From a virus (Duplodnaviria; Caudoviricetes), in the IMG/VR virus record IMGVR_UViG_3300048080_000352, positions 1 to 52,942 of that record: a DNA stretch of 52,942 nucleotides. One strand, given 5' to 3'. Below the pieces are notes generated by a model, which was not told where the DNA came from, searched no databases, and saw nothing but the letters and a program-made list of their open reading frames with translations. The position numbers and the translations under genes were made by a program. Positions 25,801 through 35,246 of the stretch are shown piece after piece. Positions within the stretch are counted from its first letter, which is position 1, and each line of letters begins with the position of its first letter.

Positions 25801-27959
25801 ATCGTGAGGCGGATCGAATTGGGGGCGGCCTTATTCACTGGCTGGTAGCCGTTCTTGATCTCGCCGCGAAAGAGCGGATCGATGTCGCGTGAGATCCATT
25901 CCTCCGGCCCTCCCGCGCTGAGGAAGATCCCATCCTCCGAGACGAAGTACACCCCCCCAGGCCCGACCACGAAGCCCCAGCGACTGAACAGCCCTCGTTT
26001 ACAGAGGGTGGGCGCAGCGGAGACCGCCCCCACCGTGCCTGAGAGGTTCGGGTACAGCATGTAGAGGCCCGCGCGGCTGAAGACGAAGGCTTGGTGCCCG
26101 AGCAACCCCCCGTGCATGAGTTCCTCGGAGGGAGGACAGACTTCGACGTTCCCCGAGGAGGACCAGTGATCGGGCGCGCCTGGCAGGCAGAAGTAGACGT
26201 GCCCGGGGCGGTACGGATCGCCGCAGCCCATGAGCATCCCCTCGATTGGTCCCCAGAGCGCGGGGAGGGGCTGCGCCAGCACCGTTGTGCCCGCATCGTT
26301 GACGGTGGGCACCGGCTGGAAGTGATCAATCGGCAGTGAGCCGGCGGCCGAGATCGCGTCGTCTGCGAGATCATCATTGAACGCGCCGCCATCACTACTG
26401 TTTGCGCCGAGGAAGAACCAATTCGTGAACAGGGTCCCGCCGCGCCGGTAGAACCGCTGGCGGACGGCGCCGTCCCCGAAGCCTGCCGCGGGCGTAACTA
26501 CGACGCGCCGTCGGAGGCTGTCGATTCGGCTCGCGGTCACTTGTTCCGGGGAACCATTCCCCTCCGCCCCCGTGCGCGGATCGTAATGCGTACAGCGGTA
26601 GTCGTACTGCTGGTTGCCGGGCTCGCCGGTATCAGGGCCGCGGCCCCCGGTCAGGTAACTGTCATCCATCGTGAACGCGACATCGCGCTCCGTGTCGGTG
26701 ATATCCGTCTTGACGTAGACGATGATCCCCGTCACGGTCGACCAGTCGCGCCCGCCCGTGTGACCGATCCGCTGGAAGTCGCCACGCCGGACCGCAAGAC
26801 CAACCGTGCCCAACTCGAACCACTGATGGGCGCCACTGCCGATCTGGATCGAGGCGGATCGCTCCGGATCGATCGCCGCACGCACGTCGGCCCAGCTCGC
26901 TCGCGTATCCACAATTCTGCGGTCGCGGAGGTCTCGGTCGCGCAACGCATTGACTCGGGCTGTCTCAGCCGCCGCGATCTGGGTTTGCGCAGCTTGAATG
27001 AATTGCGCGAAGTCATGCTGACGGAAGCCCTTGACGTAGGCGTCAGCGTTGGCGCCCCCGGCGGCGACTGCTGTGCCAGGCAACACCGCCGGGTCGAAGA
27101 CTGCCGATACGACGAAGTAGATCCGCACCTCCTGGATCAGTTGCGGATGGCTCGTCTTCATCCAGAGATGGAAGTAATCGTCATCGGAGGCGGCGACGCC
27201 CCCAGGATCGAGGGTGACCAGGGTGCGCGAGGCGGCCAAGCCCCACCAGGAGTCGTACGCCGAGTCAATCGTGGATCCGGTGACGTTGGTGCGGAAGTCG
27301 ACCGCGCTGCCGCCAAGTGGGCCGCCGACATCGGTGGCAGTGCCGAGCCCTGGCGGATGGCCGTTTTTGTCCTTCCCGGCGGTAGGCACCCAGCTCGCCG
27401 CCTGCGACCCGTCGCTGCTGTCGAACGCACAAATCGATCGCTGGAGCTCCGTGCCGAGCGCGGTGGTGACGGCCGCGCCTGGGGCGGGGAGGCCAATCGG
27501 CAAGTCAAGCCCATCCGCCCGAACCTTTCGCAGGCGCGTACGGTCGGCGACAAACATCCAAGGATCCCCGGACAGTGGAGGACGATGCGGCACGAGCGTC
27601 AGGGGATCGCCCGAGTAGCCACTATCGATGAGACTGAGCACGCCACTCGCCCCAATGTACAGATCGGTGTCAATGCCCCAGACGCGCGTCGTACTCCCGG
27701 CTTGCGGATCGCGGAGCTTGCGGACGCTGTGATGGACGCTCCCGCCCGTCGCGAAGGATGTCTGCCCCGCCCGCCCCTGCATCTCGCCGTTATTCTCGTG
27801 ATCGAGGTTGGTGAGGCGGGACCAGCCTTCGAGCGCATCGAGCGAGTCCTTGAGATTGAGCCCGCCTTGCCCGCAGCGGATGAGCTGTGTCTCAAACGGG
27901 GCCGCCTCCACGCCAGCAGACGCGACGGCTCCCCCACGCTGAGATTGCTGTTCGGGCAT
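22863..27959 (-). CDS. Large tail / head-closure (nozzle-like) protein with C-terminal tandem repeats
   Basis: GGLN N-terminal motif, beta-rich propeller-like middle, follows the adaptor genes; repeated DKW/YYTG...CDT.G units. Confidence 0.7.
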   Translation of the reverse strand: MPEQQSQRGGAVASAGVEAAPFETQLIRCGQGGLNLKDSLDALEGWSRLTNLDHENNGEMQGRAGQTSFATGGSVHHSVRKLRDPQAGSTTRVWGIDTDLYIGASGVLSLIDSGYSGDPLTLVPHRPPLSGDPWMFVADRTRLRKVRADGLDLPIGLPAPGAAVTTALGTELQRSICAFDSSDGSQAASWVPTAGKDKNGHPPGLGTATDVGGPLGGSAVDFRTNVTGSTIDSAYDSWWGLAASRTLVTLDPGGVAASDDDYFHLWMKTSHPQLIQEVRIYFVVSAVFDPAVLPGTAVAAGGANADAYVKGFRQHDFAQFIQAAQTQIAAAETARVNALRDRDLRDRRIVDTRASWADVRAAIDPERSASIQIGSGAHQWFELGTVGLAVRRGDFQRIGHTGGRDWSTVTGIIVYVKTDITDTERDVAFTMDDSYLTGGRGPDTGEPGNQQYDYRCTHYDPRTGAEGNGSPEQVTASRIDSLRRRVVVTPAAGFGDGAVRQRFYRRGGTLFTNWFFLGANSSDGGAFNDDLADDAISAAGSLPIDHFQPVPTVNDAGTTVLAQPLPALWGPIEGMLMGCGDPYRPGHVYFCLPGAPDHWSSSGNVEVCPPSEELMHGGLLGHQAFVFSRAGLYMLYPNLSGTVGAVSAAPTLCKRGLFSRWGFVVGPGGVYFVSEDGIFLSAGGPEEWISRDIDPLFRGEIKNGYQPVNKAAPNSIRLTIWENKLYFQYQASNGSRHTFVYSTLHKFWRHYAFGRAPSGLQGQDEDDLLIGAASGGATYTHTGTSDDGVAIAAQARTGAFTGGRREEKLFGDLIVDAIRRGVSLSVTNYLNEETVANAVQTITEGTGRQRYLLDGFGASPQKAHSISTDLAWSTLGISPVVYQLGYAITLQPEITANRVTHWDDLGHPDEKWVTGITFDVDTGNVARTILIERDFAGVRSTVDTLTVTTNGRHKVAFSWLAVPAHMVRVRPNDDCRFWMLYRADWIWQPEPPRTSKWDLHFENAWDQYYTGLDLYCDTGGLQKDLRVTVDEQVLTNPGTGLTTFPVTATGRRVVHLTFTPGRGHVFRCFAIDANEGLLYQHRWQVQDEPSEQANWNQNFTVEGTQKDKWLHGVLLECDTFNIVKNVRVELDGVLVTTLSVQANGRSSLHFSFPRVRGRVLRLLPADGNPGRLYSHAWLLDEQPEAVAQWESLEENLGDSYYTGLDVECDTLGLAKTLEVFVDGTSLGTFSVTTTTRRLAHLSFGPGRGHVYRFRSTDANPGHLYTHKWLAEPEPGEQTNWQQNFTVEQQLRDKWLKGILIECDTFGLEKSVRVEVDGALHTTLSITATGRQSLQFSWPRIRARVLRFLPTDANPGRLYSREWLFDAEPEQIARWDSNEQLLGDSYYTGLDLEVDTSGAVKSVEVYIDQALIGTYSVSATGRRIVHLTFGPGWGHVYRFRAIDANLGYLYSHHWQTEAEPSEQANWNQNFSIYGTRADKWLKAIIFECDTFGQNKQVQVEVDGTQAETLTVNANGRRVVQLALATQRLGRVWRMLPADGNPGRLYTAQPIFDEEPFQLTRWETQETNHGLPGWFAPLYGHLTLKSTAVVTLTLALQINQRGTTVTETYEIPSTGGVKVRHFQSFKTERGGKGVLIKYTLTSPAAFYLYREETVIQIQPWGAAEPIGVQPFGNSGEDPTRGMVHTVLAAQRSGGSLGDHA

Positions 27960-28591
27960 CAGCTCCACCCGTTGAGGATGATCTCCGTCACGAGTCGTGT
28001 CCCTTCATAGCGCTTCGCGCAGTAGGCGGCGCGCTCCGGATCGTGCATCCGCCCCACCTTGCGTAGGAGCCACTCCAGCGCGCCGTACTTGATCCCGGAC
28101 AGGAACTCGTCGGGGAGCGCGATCGTCGCGCCTGCGCCAAATAGCTCGGTCGGGCGTGCGACGTACATATTCTCCAGCGTCCCGTCAGCGTCAGGGCGCG
28201 GGATGAGGCGGAGCCGGAGCGTGTCGCCTTCCAAGTCTGCGTAGGCCAGCGGCGTGCCCGCAGTATCCTCCCAACTCGGGAGTGCAAGGTCGGCCTCGAA
28301 GGTGTCAGCCGGGCCGAGCGGGATCCGCACACCTCCAGCGGTGCGCCAGACGAGATGCACCGTCGCCATCCACGCGGCCGGCAAGGTCACGATGCCAAGT
28401 CCCGCCGCCGTCACCGCTTGCTCTGCGCGGGTCACGACCAGGTGCGTCTCGCGCAGGAGGGTGTTGATGCTGCCGTTGAGCGCGTCGAGGACTTCTTGGC
28501 GCGTCCACACCTCGCTCGGCCACGTCTGGCCCCCGTCGGGTGGTTCGAGCAGGGCATTCTGCAGCTCTGTCAAAAGAGCTTGATCGATCAT
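27959..28591 (-). CDS. Head-tail adaptor-like protein
   Basis: W..QEVLDALN, L.PRPD, LPDEF..IKYGAL. Confidence 0.65.
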   Translation of the reverse strand: MIDQALLTELQNALLEPPDGGQTWPSEVWTRQEVLDALNGSINTLLRETHLVVTRAEQAVTAAGLGIVTLPAAWMATVHLVWRTAGGVRIPLGPADTFEADLALPSWEDTAGTPLAYADLEGDTLRLRLIPRPDADGTLENMYVARPTELFGAGATIALPDEFLSGIKYGALEWLLRKVGRMHDPERAAYCAKRYEGTRLVTEIILNGWS

Positions 28592-29313
28592 GCCTCACCC
28601 CCGAGCGCTGGTAACTGATCGAGTTGCGTGGCCTCGCCCTTGGACTTCTGCATGTCGCGCCGACGATCGAGCCCCGCATAGCGACGGTAGGCTTGGTTCG
28701 CCTTCAGCAGTCCATTCTCCTCAGCCGCCGCTTGAAGAAAGGCGGTGAAGTACTGCTGAGTGGATCGCCAGCGCGGCCCGGCCTCCTTGAACGCCGCGAT
28801 GTGCAGCGCCATATCGAGGAGGTAGTTCTGGATCTCCTCCCCGAGATCGACGAAATCGCCCTCCTCAACCAGCACTGGTGTGTTCGCCACACCATCGATG
28901 AAGAGATTGTTCGTCCCGGCCCCGACCGTCGCGGGCCAGATCGCAATCCGTTGGATCGAGACCGGTGCCCAGATCGTCGGGACGGTTGGCACCTCACCAC
29001 CGGAAGTCGTCGTCTCACTCCGCCAGGTCGGTCGCCCGAGATCGAGTTCCAGGATCGAGGCCGGTGTGAGGGGCGTGGTGCCCACCTTCACCCGCATCCC
29101 GTAGATCATCGTCGCCCCGAGCGCGTACTCCACCGTGCCGGCGCCAGTCGAGAGCGTGAGCCGGCGCCGCCATCGCCCTGTGAGCAGGTTCCAATCGCGC
29201 AACGCCTCATTAATCGCAAGGCGAGCTTCCTCATCCGTCCAGAAGCTGCTGCCATCGTACCGCTGCTTCAGCGCCACTTTGAGATCGGCGAGCGAGATCA
29301 CCTGGTACGGCAT
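28588..29313 (-). CDS. Head-tail adaptor-like protein
   Basis: FWTDEE...AINEALRD, EYAL, IWP. Confidence 0.7.
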   Translation of the reverse strand: MPYQVISLADLKVALKQRYDGSSFWTDEEARLAINEALRDWNLLTGRWRRRLTLSTGAGTVEYALGATMIYGMRVKVGTTPLTPASILELDLGRPTWRSETTTSGGEVPTVPTIWAPVSIQRIAIWPATVGAGTNNLFIDGVANTPVLVEEGDFVDLGEEIQNYLLDMALHIAAFKEAGPRWRSTQQYFTAFLQAAAEENGLLKANQAYRRYAGLDRRRDMQKSKGEATQLDQLPALGGEA

Positions 29314-29322
29314 CGATCCTCG

Positions 29323-31434
29323 CTACGGTAGCACGAGCGCGGCGCAGGCGGAGCCGCCGAGGGACACATCAATGGGAAAGGTGATCCGACACGGAGGCGG
29401 CAACTCCACCACCTCGCCCGTCTCCGCGAAGGCGAGCCAATAGGTATCCACCCCGTTGGTGGCGAGGGAGGATCCTCCCGTAAACCCGTCCGACGTCAGG
29501 GCGGTGATCGCAGTGGCGATCTCGGCCCCACCCTCCCACGGGGTTGAATTGCTGCCCGCCTGCGCGCCACTCGCGCGCCAGAACGCGTCAGTGGCGCTAT
29601 TGCGCTTCGCGAGGACGAAAAACGGTGGGAACGGCACCTCGGTAATCGTCAAGCTGCTGCCGGTCGGAGTGACTTTCCCCGTCGTCACGAACGACGAGAG
29701 CTGACTCACCTGCCGGAGGGCGATCCACGAGTAGACCTCATTGATGCCGTTGACCTCGACCGCGGTCCCCACCTGGAATCCGTTGGCGGTAAACGCCTGC
29801 AGACGATCGGCCACGCCGGCACTGGGGTTGACGAGCAGCGAAAAGTCGCCGGTCATCTCACGTGTGCGCATCACGAAGATGCTCGAGGAGCCGATCAGCG
29901 CGAAATCCGGCTGGAAGTTTTCTGGTATGACGATGGCTCGGTTGTCGTCTGAAGTCCCGACATAGGTCCCGGCGCCGAGGAAGAACCCAGCGGAGTGCGC
30001 GCCGCCGTCTTGCAGACAGAGCGCTTCATAGACCGCGCCGCTGGCGTTCGCCCACGTGGAGGGGCCGAGCGTGAACCCGTCCGCCGTGATCGCCATGATC
30101 GCAATGGCGTCCACCACCTGATCAAGACGGCGGGACCACGTCCCTCCAGAATTGGCCAGCCTCAATACGCCAGACTCATTCGCCGTAGGTGGACTGACGC
30201 GCTTGATCAGGATCACTTGTGAGCCAAAGCCGACCCCGGCAATGGTCTGGTACCCGCCGTTACCGGTGTACTGCACGATCCGCTGTCGGTACAACCCTGT
30301 GCCGGCCGCGAACGGCGCTGGGGTTGTGGCGCCATCATGGAGGACTTCGAGGTAGCACGTCCCCAGTTCCGTCGCCACGCCACGCTTATTGCGCGCGCCG
30401 AACTCCATCGCGTCGAATTGGCCGCTGGTGTACGGCGTGAAATCGACTCCGTTCCGCGCGAGGACTTGGTAGGCAGCGGGTGCGGCGATGGTGTACTCTA
30501 CCCCGTTCAGCATCAGCGCCTCATCACCAGCTCCGCCACCGGCTTTCACCTGCGCGCGCACGACAATCCCCGCGATACTGCCGAGATTGAGGGCGGCGGC
30601 GGTCGCGTGCAGAAAGGTCGTCGTCGCTTCGTCCGTCGAGGTCGTTTGCTCGTCCGCCACACTCGTTTCGAGTGGACAGTCCGTGACCCTCCGGTAGTCG
30701 CCCGTCCACCCAGCGCTCGATCCTTGGCCAGTCGCTGAAACGCGGGCGATCCGGGTCGCGGTCGGAAACGCCACCGCCGCGACATCGGTCTTATCCGCCG
30801 CCCACCAGAACCAGTCATCGAAGTCGTAGTTGTAGGTGGAAAAAATAGCGGAGGACGCCATGCCCACGGCAAACGCGTTCGGCATGGTGGCATTCTGGGC
30901 GAGCGCCAGCGTCGCCGTGACTGTTTCCAGGAATGTCCCCGCCTCGGTATAGACCGAGATCGTCACGTCGATCGTGCAGTTGACCCCCGCATTTTGCGTC
31001 AGTACGTACGTGAGATCGATGCGATACCAGACCCCGAGCGCCAACGCGGTCGCGCTATAACTCCCGATCGTGTTCGCGCCTGCCGCTGCGGCAAAGCGCC
31101 CCGTCGTGTCCAGACAGAGCTGCCCATTTTGCTGGTTCTGCGCCCCCACCCCACCCGCTCGGCAATTCGTGGTGCCGACGTGCGCGTTCAACCGCATAAA
31201 CGATCGCATGACGGCTTTGGCTTGCTCGCCAGTGGCCAACCCTGTCCCCAATGTCAGATTCAGCTTGCGAAACTCTTGGCCCGCATTGACCTGGGTGGTG
31301 ACCGGAGAGAGGTGCGCGGCATAGAATTCGCCCGATCGCGCGCTGCCGCCGAGGATCGCGCCGCGAAACATCCCCAAGGCCGTGGCATCGAGCGATCCGC
31401 CCTCGAACCCAGTCCAGTTGCGTTCGATCGCCAC
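29323..31434 (-). CDS. Tail fibre / receptor-binding protein
   Basis: Lectin-like N-half; repeats YTGNG..I..GF...K, ADGFTLG, YVG, GFQVG, DGFT. Confidence 0.7.
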   Translation of the reverse strand: MAIERNWTGFEGGSLDATALGMFRGAILGGSARSGEFYAAHLSPVTTQVNAGQEFRKLNLTLGTGLATGEQAKAVMRSFMRLNAHVGTTNCRAGGVGAQNQQNGQLCLDTTGRFAAAAGANTIGSYSATALALGVWYRIDLTYVLTQNAGVNCTIDVTISVYTEAGTFLETVTATLALAQNATMPNAFAVGMASSAIFSTYNYDFDDWFWWAADKTDVAAVAFPTATRIARVSATGQGSSAGWTGDYRRVTDCPLETSVADEQTTSTDEATTTFLHATAAALNLGSIAGIVVRAQVKAGGGAGDEALMLNGVEYTIAAPAAYQVLARNGVDFTPYTSGQFDAMEFGARNKRGVATELGTCYLEVLHDGATTPAPFAAGTGLYRQRIVQYTGNGGYQTIAGVGFGSQVILIKRVSPPTANESGVLRLANSGGTWSRRLDQVVDAIAIMAITADGFTLGPSTWANASGAVYEALCLQDGGAHSAGFFLGAGTYVGTSDDNRAIVIPENFQPDFALIGSSSIFVMRTREMTGDFSLLVNPSAGVADRLQAFTANGFQVGTAVEVNGINEVYSWIALRQVSQLSSFVTTGKVTPTGSSLTITEVPFPPFFVLAKRNSATDAFWRASGAQAGSNSTPWEGGAEIATAITALTSDGFTGGSSLATNGVDTYWLAFAETGEVVELPPPCRITFPIDVSLGGSACAALVLP

Positions 31435-31437
31435 GGG

Positions 31438-31818
31438 TCAGACCGCCTGGGTAAGATTCTTGACGACGAGGATCGCTTCGTGCTTCCCTGCGGCGGTGGC
31501 GGTCGTCCAGTCGAAGAGCGCGATGTGTCGCTCGAAGGGCAGAGTGGTCTCGACGAGTGTCGTGTCGAGGATCTGAATCGTCCACGTCACGAGCCCAGAG
31601 GTCGCGTGGACCGTGACGTTGTTTAGGTTCAGGACGTTCTGATGATCACGGCCATTGACAAAGGTCACCGTGCCTGCGGCGACGATCACATACAGCGTCA
31701 ACCGCAGCGTCAGGAGCGACGCGCTGGGGATGGGCGTCACGCCGTCGTTCCCGACGATCGTCGCGGTGTAGAGGCCGGTCTCCAGCTCGTTGATCTCAAA
31801 CTCACGAGGGAGCGGCAT
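31438..31818 (-). CDS. Small beta-rich virion protein (BppU-like)
   Basis: GLVTWTI...DT pattern. Confidence 0.5.
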   Translation of the reverse strand: MPLPREFEINELETGLYTATIVGNDGVTPIPSASLLTLRLTLYVIVAAGTVTFVNGRDHQNVLNLNNVTVHATSGLVTWTIQILDTTLVETTLPFERHIALFDWTTATAAGKHEAILVVKNLTQAV

Positions 31819-32546
31819 CAGCAGAGATCCTCATTGATGAAGCCTGGAGACGTAACCTGCTCGGTGAGGAGCCCAGGCGAGGTGAGCACTTCTCCTGAGA
31901 AGCCAGCGGTTGACATCGCCTCGCTACTGAAGGTGGTACAGGTGAATGCGCGGACCAGGACACTCGGCTCGACCTCATAGTACACACCAGTGCCTCTCCG
32001 TCGCAGCGGCCAGCGGGAGGTCCGCGGCGGCAGTGTCGGCATCCACGTCTGCTGCGTCGCGGTCTCATCCGGTGGCGTGGGCACGAGGGTCTGGAGGAGC
32101 CACCAGGAGGCTCCAGTCTCTCTCCGTCGCAGTGGCCATCGACGCGTCCTAGTCGGCAGGTGCGGCATCCACGTCATGCGCTGCGCGGCGATCACGCCCG
32201 CGTTCGGCGGATCGACACTCGCCTGATTGACCTCCCGCCGCCGCTCGCGCCGACTCCGCCTCGTGCCTGTGGGTAGCGTTGGCTCCCAGACGATCGGCGA
32301 CAAATGCGAGACTGGGTCGAAGATCGTCGAGACCTGCTTAGGGCGGAGCGTCAGATACCGGGTGCGCGGATTCGGTCCGAGGACGGGATCGAACGTCAGA
32401 TTGACGAGCAGATCAGGAACGACGATCTCGAAGCGTTCAGGAATAGGCTGCGCACTCGGGCGTCCACGCGACAGCCGCCAGCGCAGATTCTTCGGCTGCA
32501 CCCACGGGAGGCGGGGCTCCCACGCCAATTCGTCATCGACTGCCAT
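31818..32546 (-). CDS. Hypothetical Pro/Arg-rich repeat protein
   Basis: Repeated W.P.LP..(RR) units. Confidence 0.55.
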   Translation of the reverse strand: MAVDDELAWEPRLPWVQPKNLRWRLSRGRPSAQPIPERFEIVVPDLLVNLTFDPVLGPNPRTRYLTLRPKQVSTIFDPVSHLSPIVWEPTLPTGTRRSRRERRREVNQASVDPPNAGVIAAQRMTWMPHLPTRTRRWPLRRRETGASWWLLQTLVPTPPDETATQQTWMPTLPPRTSRWPLRRRGTGVYYEVEPSVLVRAFTCTTFSSEAMSTAGFSGEVLTSPGLLTEQVTSPGFINEDLC

Positions 32547-32547
32547 C

Positions 32548-32871
32548 TCAGCCCCACTCTGCCTGCGATCGCTGTTGCGCGCCTACCTGCTCTATCGCTT
32601 CCATCTGCTTTTCCCACGGCGTGCAGGTTCCAACTACGTGACACGGCAAGCAGACCGGTGACATGCACGTCCGACAGAACGCCCCCATCTCGACCGACCA
32701 GCGGCGCGTGGAGGGATCGTAGATCAGGTACTGCATCGAGAGGGTACCTGGAACGGTGAAGACGATCCGTTGGCAATGACCGCACGTGACGGAATCATGG
32801 ACCCACGCCGGCCCGTCGGGATCGAGGATCTCCGCGCACCCGGACGCGCGCTTGCCCCGCGCGCCGATCAT
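32548..32871 (-). CDS. Zinc-finger protein
   Basis: CGHC, CRTC, CLPC motifs. Confidence 0.7.
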   Translation of the reverse strand: MIGARGKRASGCAEILDPDGPAWVHDSVTCGHCQRIVFTVPGTLSMQYLIYDPSTRRWSVEMGAFCRTCMSPVCLPCHVVGTCTPWEKQMEAIEQVGAQQRSQAEWG

Positions 32872-32891
32872 CTCTGCCCACCCACTACGAG

Positions 32892-33341
32892 CTACTGTTC
32901 GTCGACATGAATGGTCGCCGTGATCACCACCGCCGAGGACGTCGGCGTCAGGATCCCGAACCCGTTCGACGCCGTCGCGGGCCAGATCAGCTCCCCGTAG
33001 ATCCCTGCCTCCCACCGGAACGTCGAGCGTTGGTTGAGGGGCACTTGGAGCACAAAGGCGTTCGCCGTCAGGGTTCCGTTGACGGTGTGGTTCTGCCCCG
33101 CGTCGAACTCCGTCGCGGCATCGGCGGGGTTGAGGGCTTGGGGGGTGACCGCCGTCGACGTGCCACCGGTGGTGCAGCGCTGCACCTGGTAGAGGAAGGC
33201 ATTGTCGGCCGGGGCGGCTTCCGAGCCGAAGGTGGCGAAGAAGACCTTGCCCCGGCGCGGGCGTGTCGCATCCGCGATCATCGATCCGAGTTCCAGCGTC
33301 GCCGACGCGGTGCGACGCATTTCGACAGAGAAGCGAGCCAT
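32892..33341 (-). CDS. Virion structural protein (beta-rich)
   Basis: 149 aa, GGAGG RBS, within the structural operon. Confidence 0.55.
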   Translation of the reverse strand: MARFSVEMRRTASATLELGSMIADATRPRRGKVFFATFGSEAAPADNAFLYQVQRCTTGGTSTAVTPQALNPADAATEFDAGQNHTVNGTLTANAFVLQVPLNQRSTFRWEAGIYGELIWPATASNGFGILTPTSSAVVITATIHVDEQ

Positions 33342-33506
33342 TTACTTTGCCTCCCCTACTGGCGCAGACGATACCGGCTGGTTCGCCCGCAGGATGAATT
33401 GCTGGATCTGGTGGAAGAGCATGTGATCGACGTAGAGATGGACGAGCATCAGTCCCAGCAGGGCTCCGAACAGCCCGACGAGCAGCGCAGAGAGATAGCG
33501 CCGCAT
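33342..33506 (-). CDS. Small membrane protein (54 aa)
   Basis: MRRYLSALLVGLFGALLGLMLVHLYV...; fills the gap between neighbours exactly. Confidence 0.65.
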   Translation of the reverse strand: MRRYLSALLVGLFGALLGLMLVHLYVDHMLFHQIQQFILRANQPVSSAPVGEAK

Positions 33507-33905
33507 TTACGGCACCGTCCCCGTCACCGTGCCTGCGAGGCCGTTCGAGCACACCGCCGCCCCTTCTCCGAGTACGACCAGTCTGTGAAAAATCCGCTGC
33601 GTGAGCGATCCGGTCGTCGCATTCCCGGCATAGGCGGTGGGCAAGTTCGCTTTGTTCAGCCCGATGATCAGCGTGGCACCGGTCGGCGTCGTGGCCGCGT
33701 GATAGAGGCAGGCCTTCGCTTCGCCGTTCTGCCCCTTCAACTGAATGTGGATCGTGCCGGCGTCCGCATCGATCGTGAGACGCTCCAGCCGATATGCCGC
33801 GTTGCTCGGCTTTGTTTCAGGCGTCGTCAGCGTGATGGTTTCCTGCGCGATGACAGGACCGGCTGCGACGAGTAGCGCCACGAGGAGAAGAAGTCTGTAG
33901 CTCAT
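33507..33905 (-). CDS. Signal-peptide-bearing hypothetical protein
   Basis: MSYRLLLLVALLVAAGPVIA-QE. Confidence 0.7.
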   Translation of the reverse strand: MSYRLLLLVALLVAAGPVIAQETITLTTPETKPSNAAYRLERLTIDADAGTIHIQLKGQNGEAKACLYHAATTPTGATLIIGLNKANLPTAYAGNATTGSLTQRIFHRLVVLGEGAAVCSNGLAGTVTGTVP

Positions 33906-33906
33906 A

Positions 33907-34779
33907 TTAGTTATCGCTTTCAAAAATCTGCAACCAGGACGAGCCGTTGTACATCAGCCCAATCACCTTCTTGACGGCGCCGATGTCGTTCGTCGCAGTG
34001 CCCGTCAGATCCACGGCATCGGCGGCCGTCGGATCGTCATCGTCCGCGATCGTGCACTCCGTGTCGCTATTTTCCAGCCATACAATCAGACCCGTGCGAC
34101 CACCCGTGATGGTATTGATTGTTTCCACACCGGTGCAGGCGAGGATCATGTACGAGTTGGCGACTGCAAAGGTCGTCGCGGCATCGACCGTCACCGTGGG
34201 GCGGCCCGCCAAAGAGATCGTCCCGCTGACCAGATTGAAACTAGCACCCGTCGCGAGGTCAAGACGATCCGCAGCGCCACGGAGCAGCGCCACATCGATA
34301 TTTCCGTCAAGTGGGGCGGTGTTAGTCGACCACCCGATTTGCCCCCCAGAACGGAGGGTAATGTTCGCGCCTAACCCGATATAGTGTCCCCCCGCTACGA
34401 CCACTCCGATCTGGTCGCTCCCGCTCTTAAACAACCCGTCGAGTGGGTCGCTCGCAAACGTTAGGCTCGGCGCACTCGCGGAACCGTCTGGCAGCCCCAA
34501 CCGGTCTCCACTCGCGAGCCCAATGAGATTCGCCGCCGCTCGCGTCACGCAGGCATCCCGATTGGCGTTGTCGAGACAGAGTTGGTTCACGTTCGCGGTG
34601 CCATTGAGATTCAGCACCGTGAAGGTGAAGCCGCCTGAGAGGAGCGCATTGATCGCGCGCTGAATTTGCGCCGTGAACGGCCCCTGTGCGCTCACGGACG
34701 AGGCAAACCAGGAACCGACCAGGATGCCGATCAGCAGAAGCGTAAGAGACAGCCCATGTCGTATGTAGCGGTACTGCAC
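33907..34779 (-). CDS. Fibre-like protein with N-terminal signal peptide
   Basis: LSLTLLLIGILVGSWFASSVSA-Q; DGSASAPSLTF..D..GLF fibre motif; C-terminal YNGSSW. Confidence 0.65.
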   Translation of the reverse strand: MQYRYIRHGLSLTLLLIGILVGSWFASSVSAQGPFTAQIQRAINALLSGGFTFTVLNLNGTANVNQLCLDNANRDACVTRAAANLIGLASGDRLGLPDGSASAPSLTFASDPLDGLFKSGSDQIGVVVAGGHYIGLGANITLRSGGQIGWSTNTAPLDGNIDVALLRGAADRLDLATGASFNLVSGTISLAGRPTVTVDAATTFAVANSYMILACTGVETINTITGGRTGLIVWLENSDTECTIADDDDPTAADAVDLTGTATNDIGAVKKVIGLMYNGSSWLQIFESDN

Positions 34780-34780
34780 C

Positions 34781-35242
34781 TTAGCCTCCGGTCAGCGTCG
34801 GTTCGAGATAGAGCTTCAGGCGAAAGTGCCCGCCGGCGCCGTACGACGGCCGAGGGTTGGCATCCCGGTTGATCAGGTACAGGTTGAGACGCCCGAGCCG
34901 ATCGAGATCCTCGTAGACAATCCCCAAGCCGTCAATGTAGGTGCGGAAGAGCCCCGAGCCCTCATCTTGCTGCCAGTCCGCCGCCAGCCACTCCCAGCGA
35001 CCGAGGAACTCATCGAGGTTCGGATCCGGGCTCTTCCCTTCGCGCTTGCCGTACACCGCAAACTCGGTCTGGAGGGCGGTGCCTGACCAAGCGATCGCGG
35101 CCTTCAGGATCGATCGGCACGTGCGACCCGCCGCAATCGCTTCAGGGAGCTGCAGAAACTCCCGCTCCGAGGCGTTGGTCGCGAGCAGATCGGTGAAGTG
35201 CGTGCCATCGACGCTCGCAATGCTATAGAGTTGCCCCGCCAT
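34781..35242 (-). CDS. Hypothetical virion protein
   Basis: 153 aa in the structural operon. Confidence 0.55.
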   Translation of the reverse strand: MAGQLYSIASVDGTHFTDLLATNASEREFLQLPEAIAAGRTCRSILKAAIAWSGTALQTEFAVYGKREGKSPDPNLDEFLGRWEWLAADWQQDEGSGLFRTYIDGLGIVYEDLDRLGRLNLYLINRDANPRPSYGAGGHFRLKLYLEPTLTGG

Positions 35243-35246
35243 GGCC

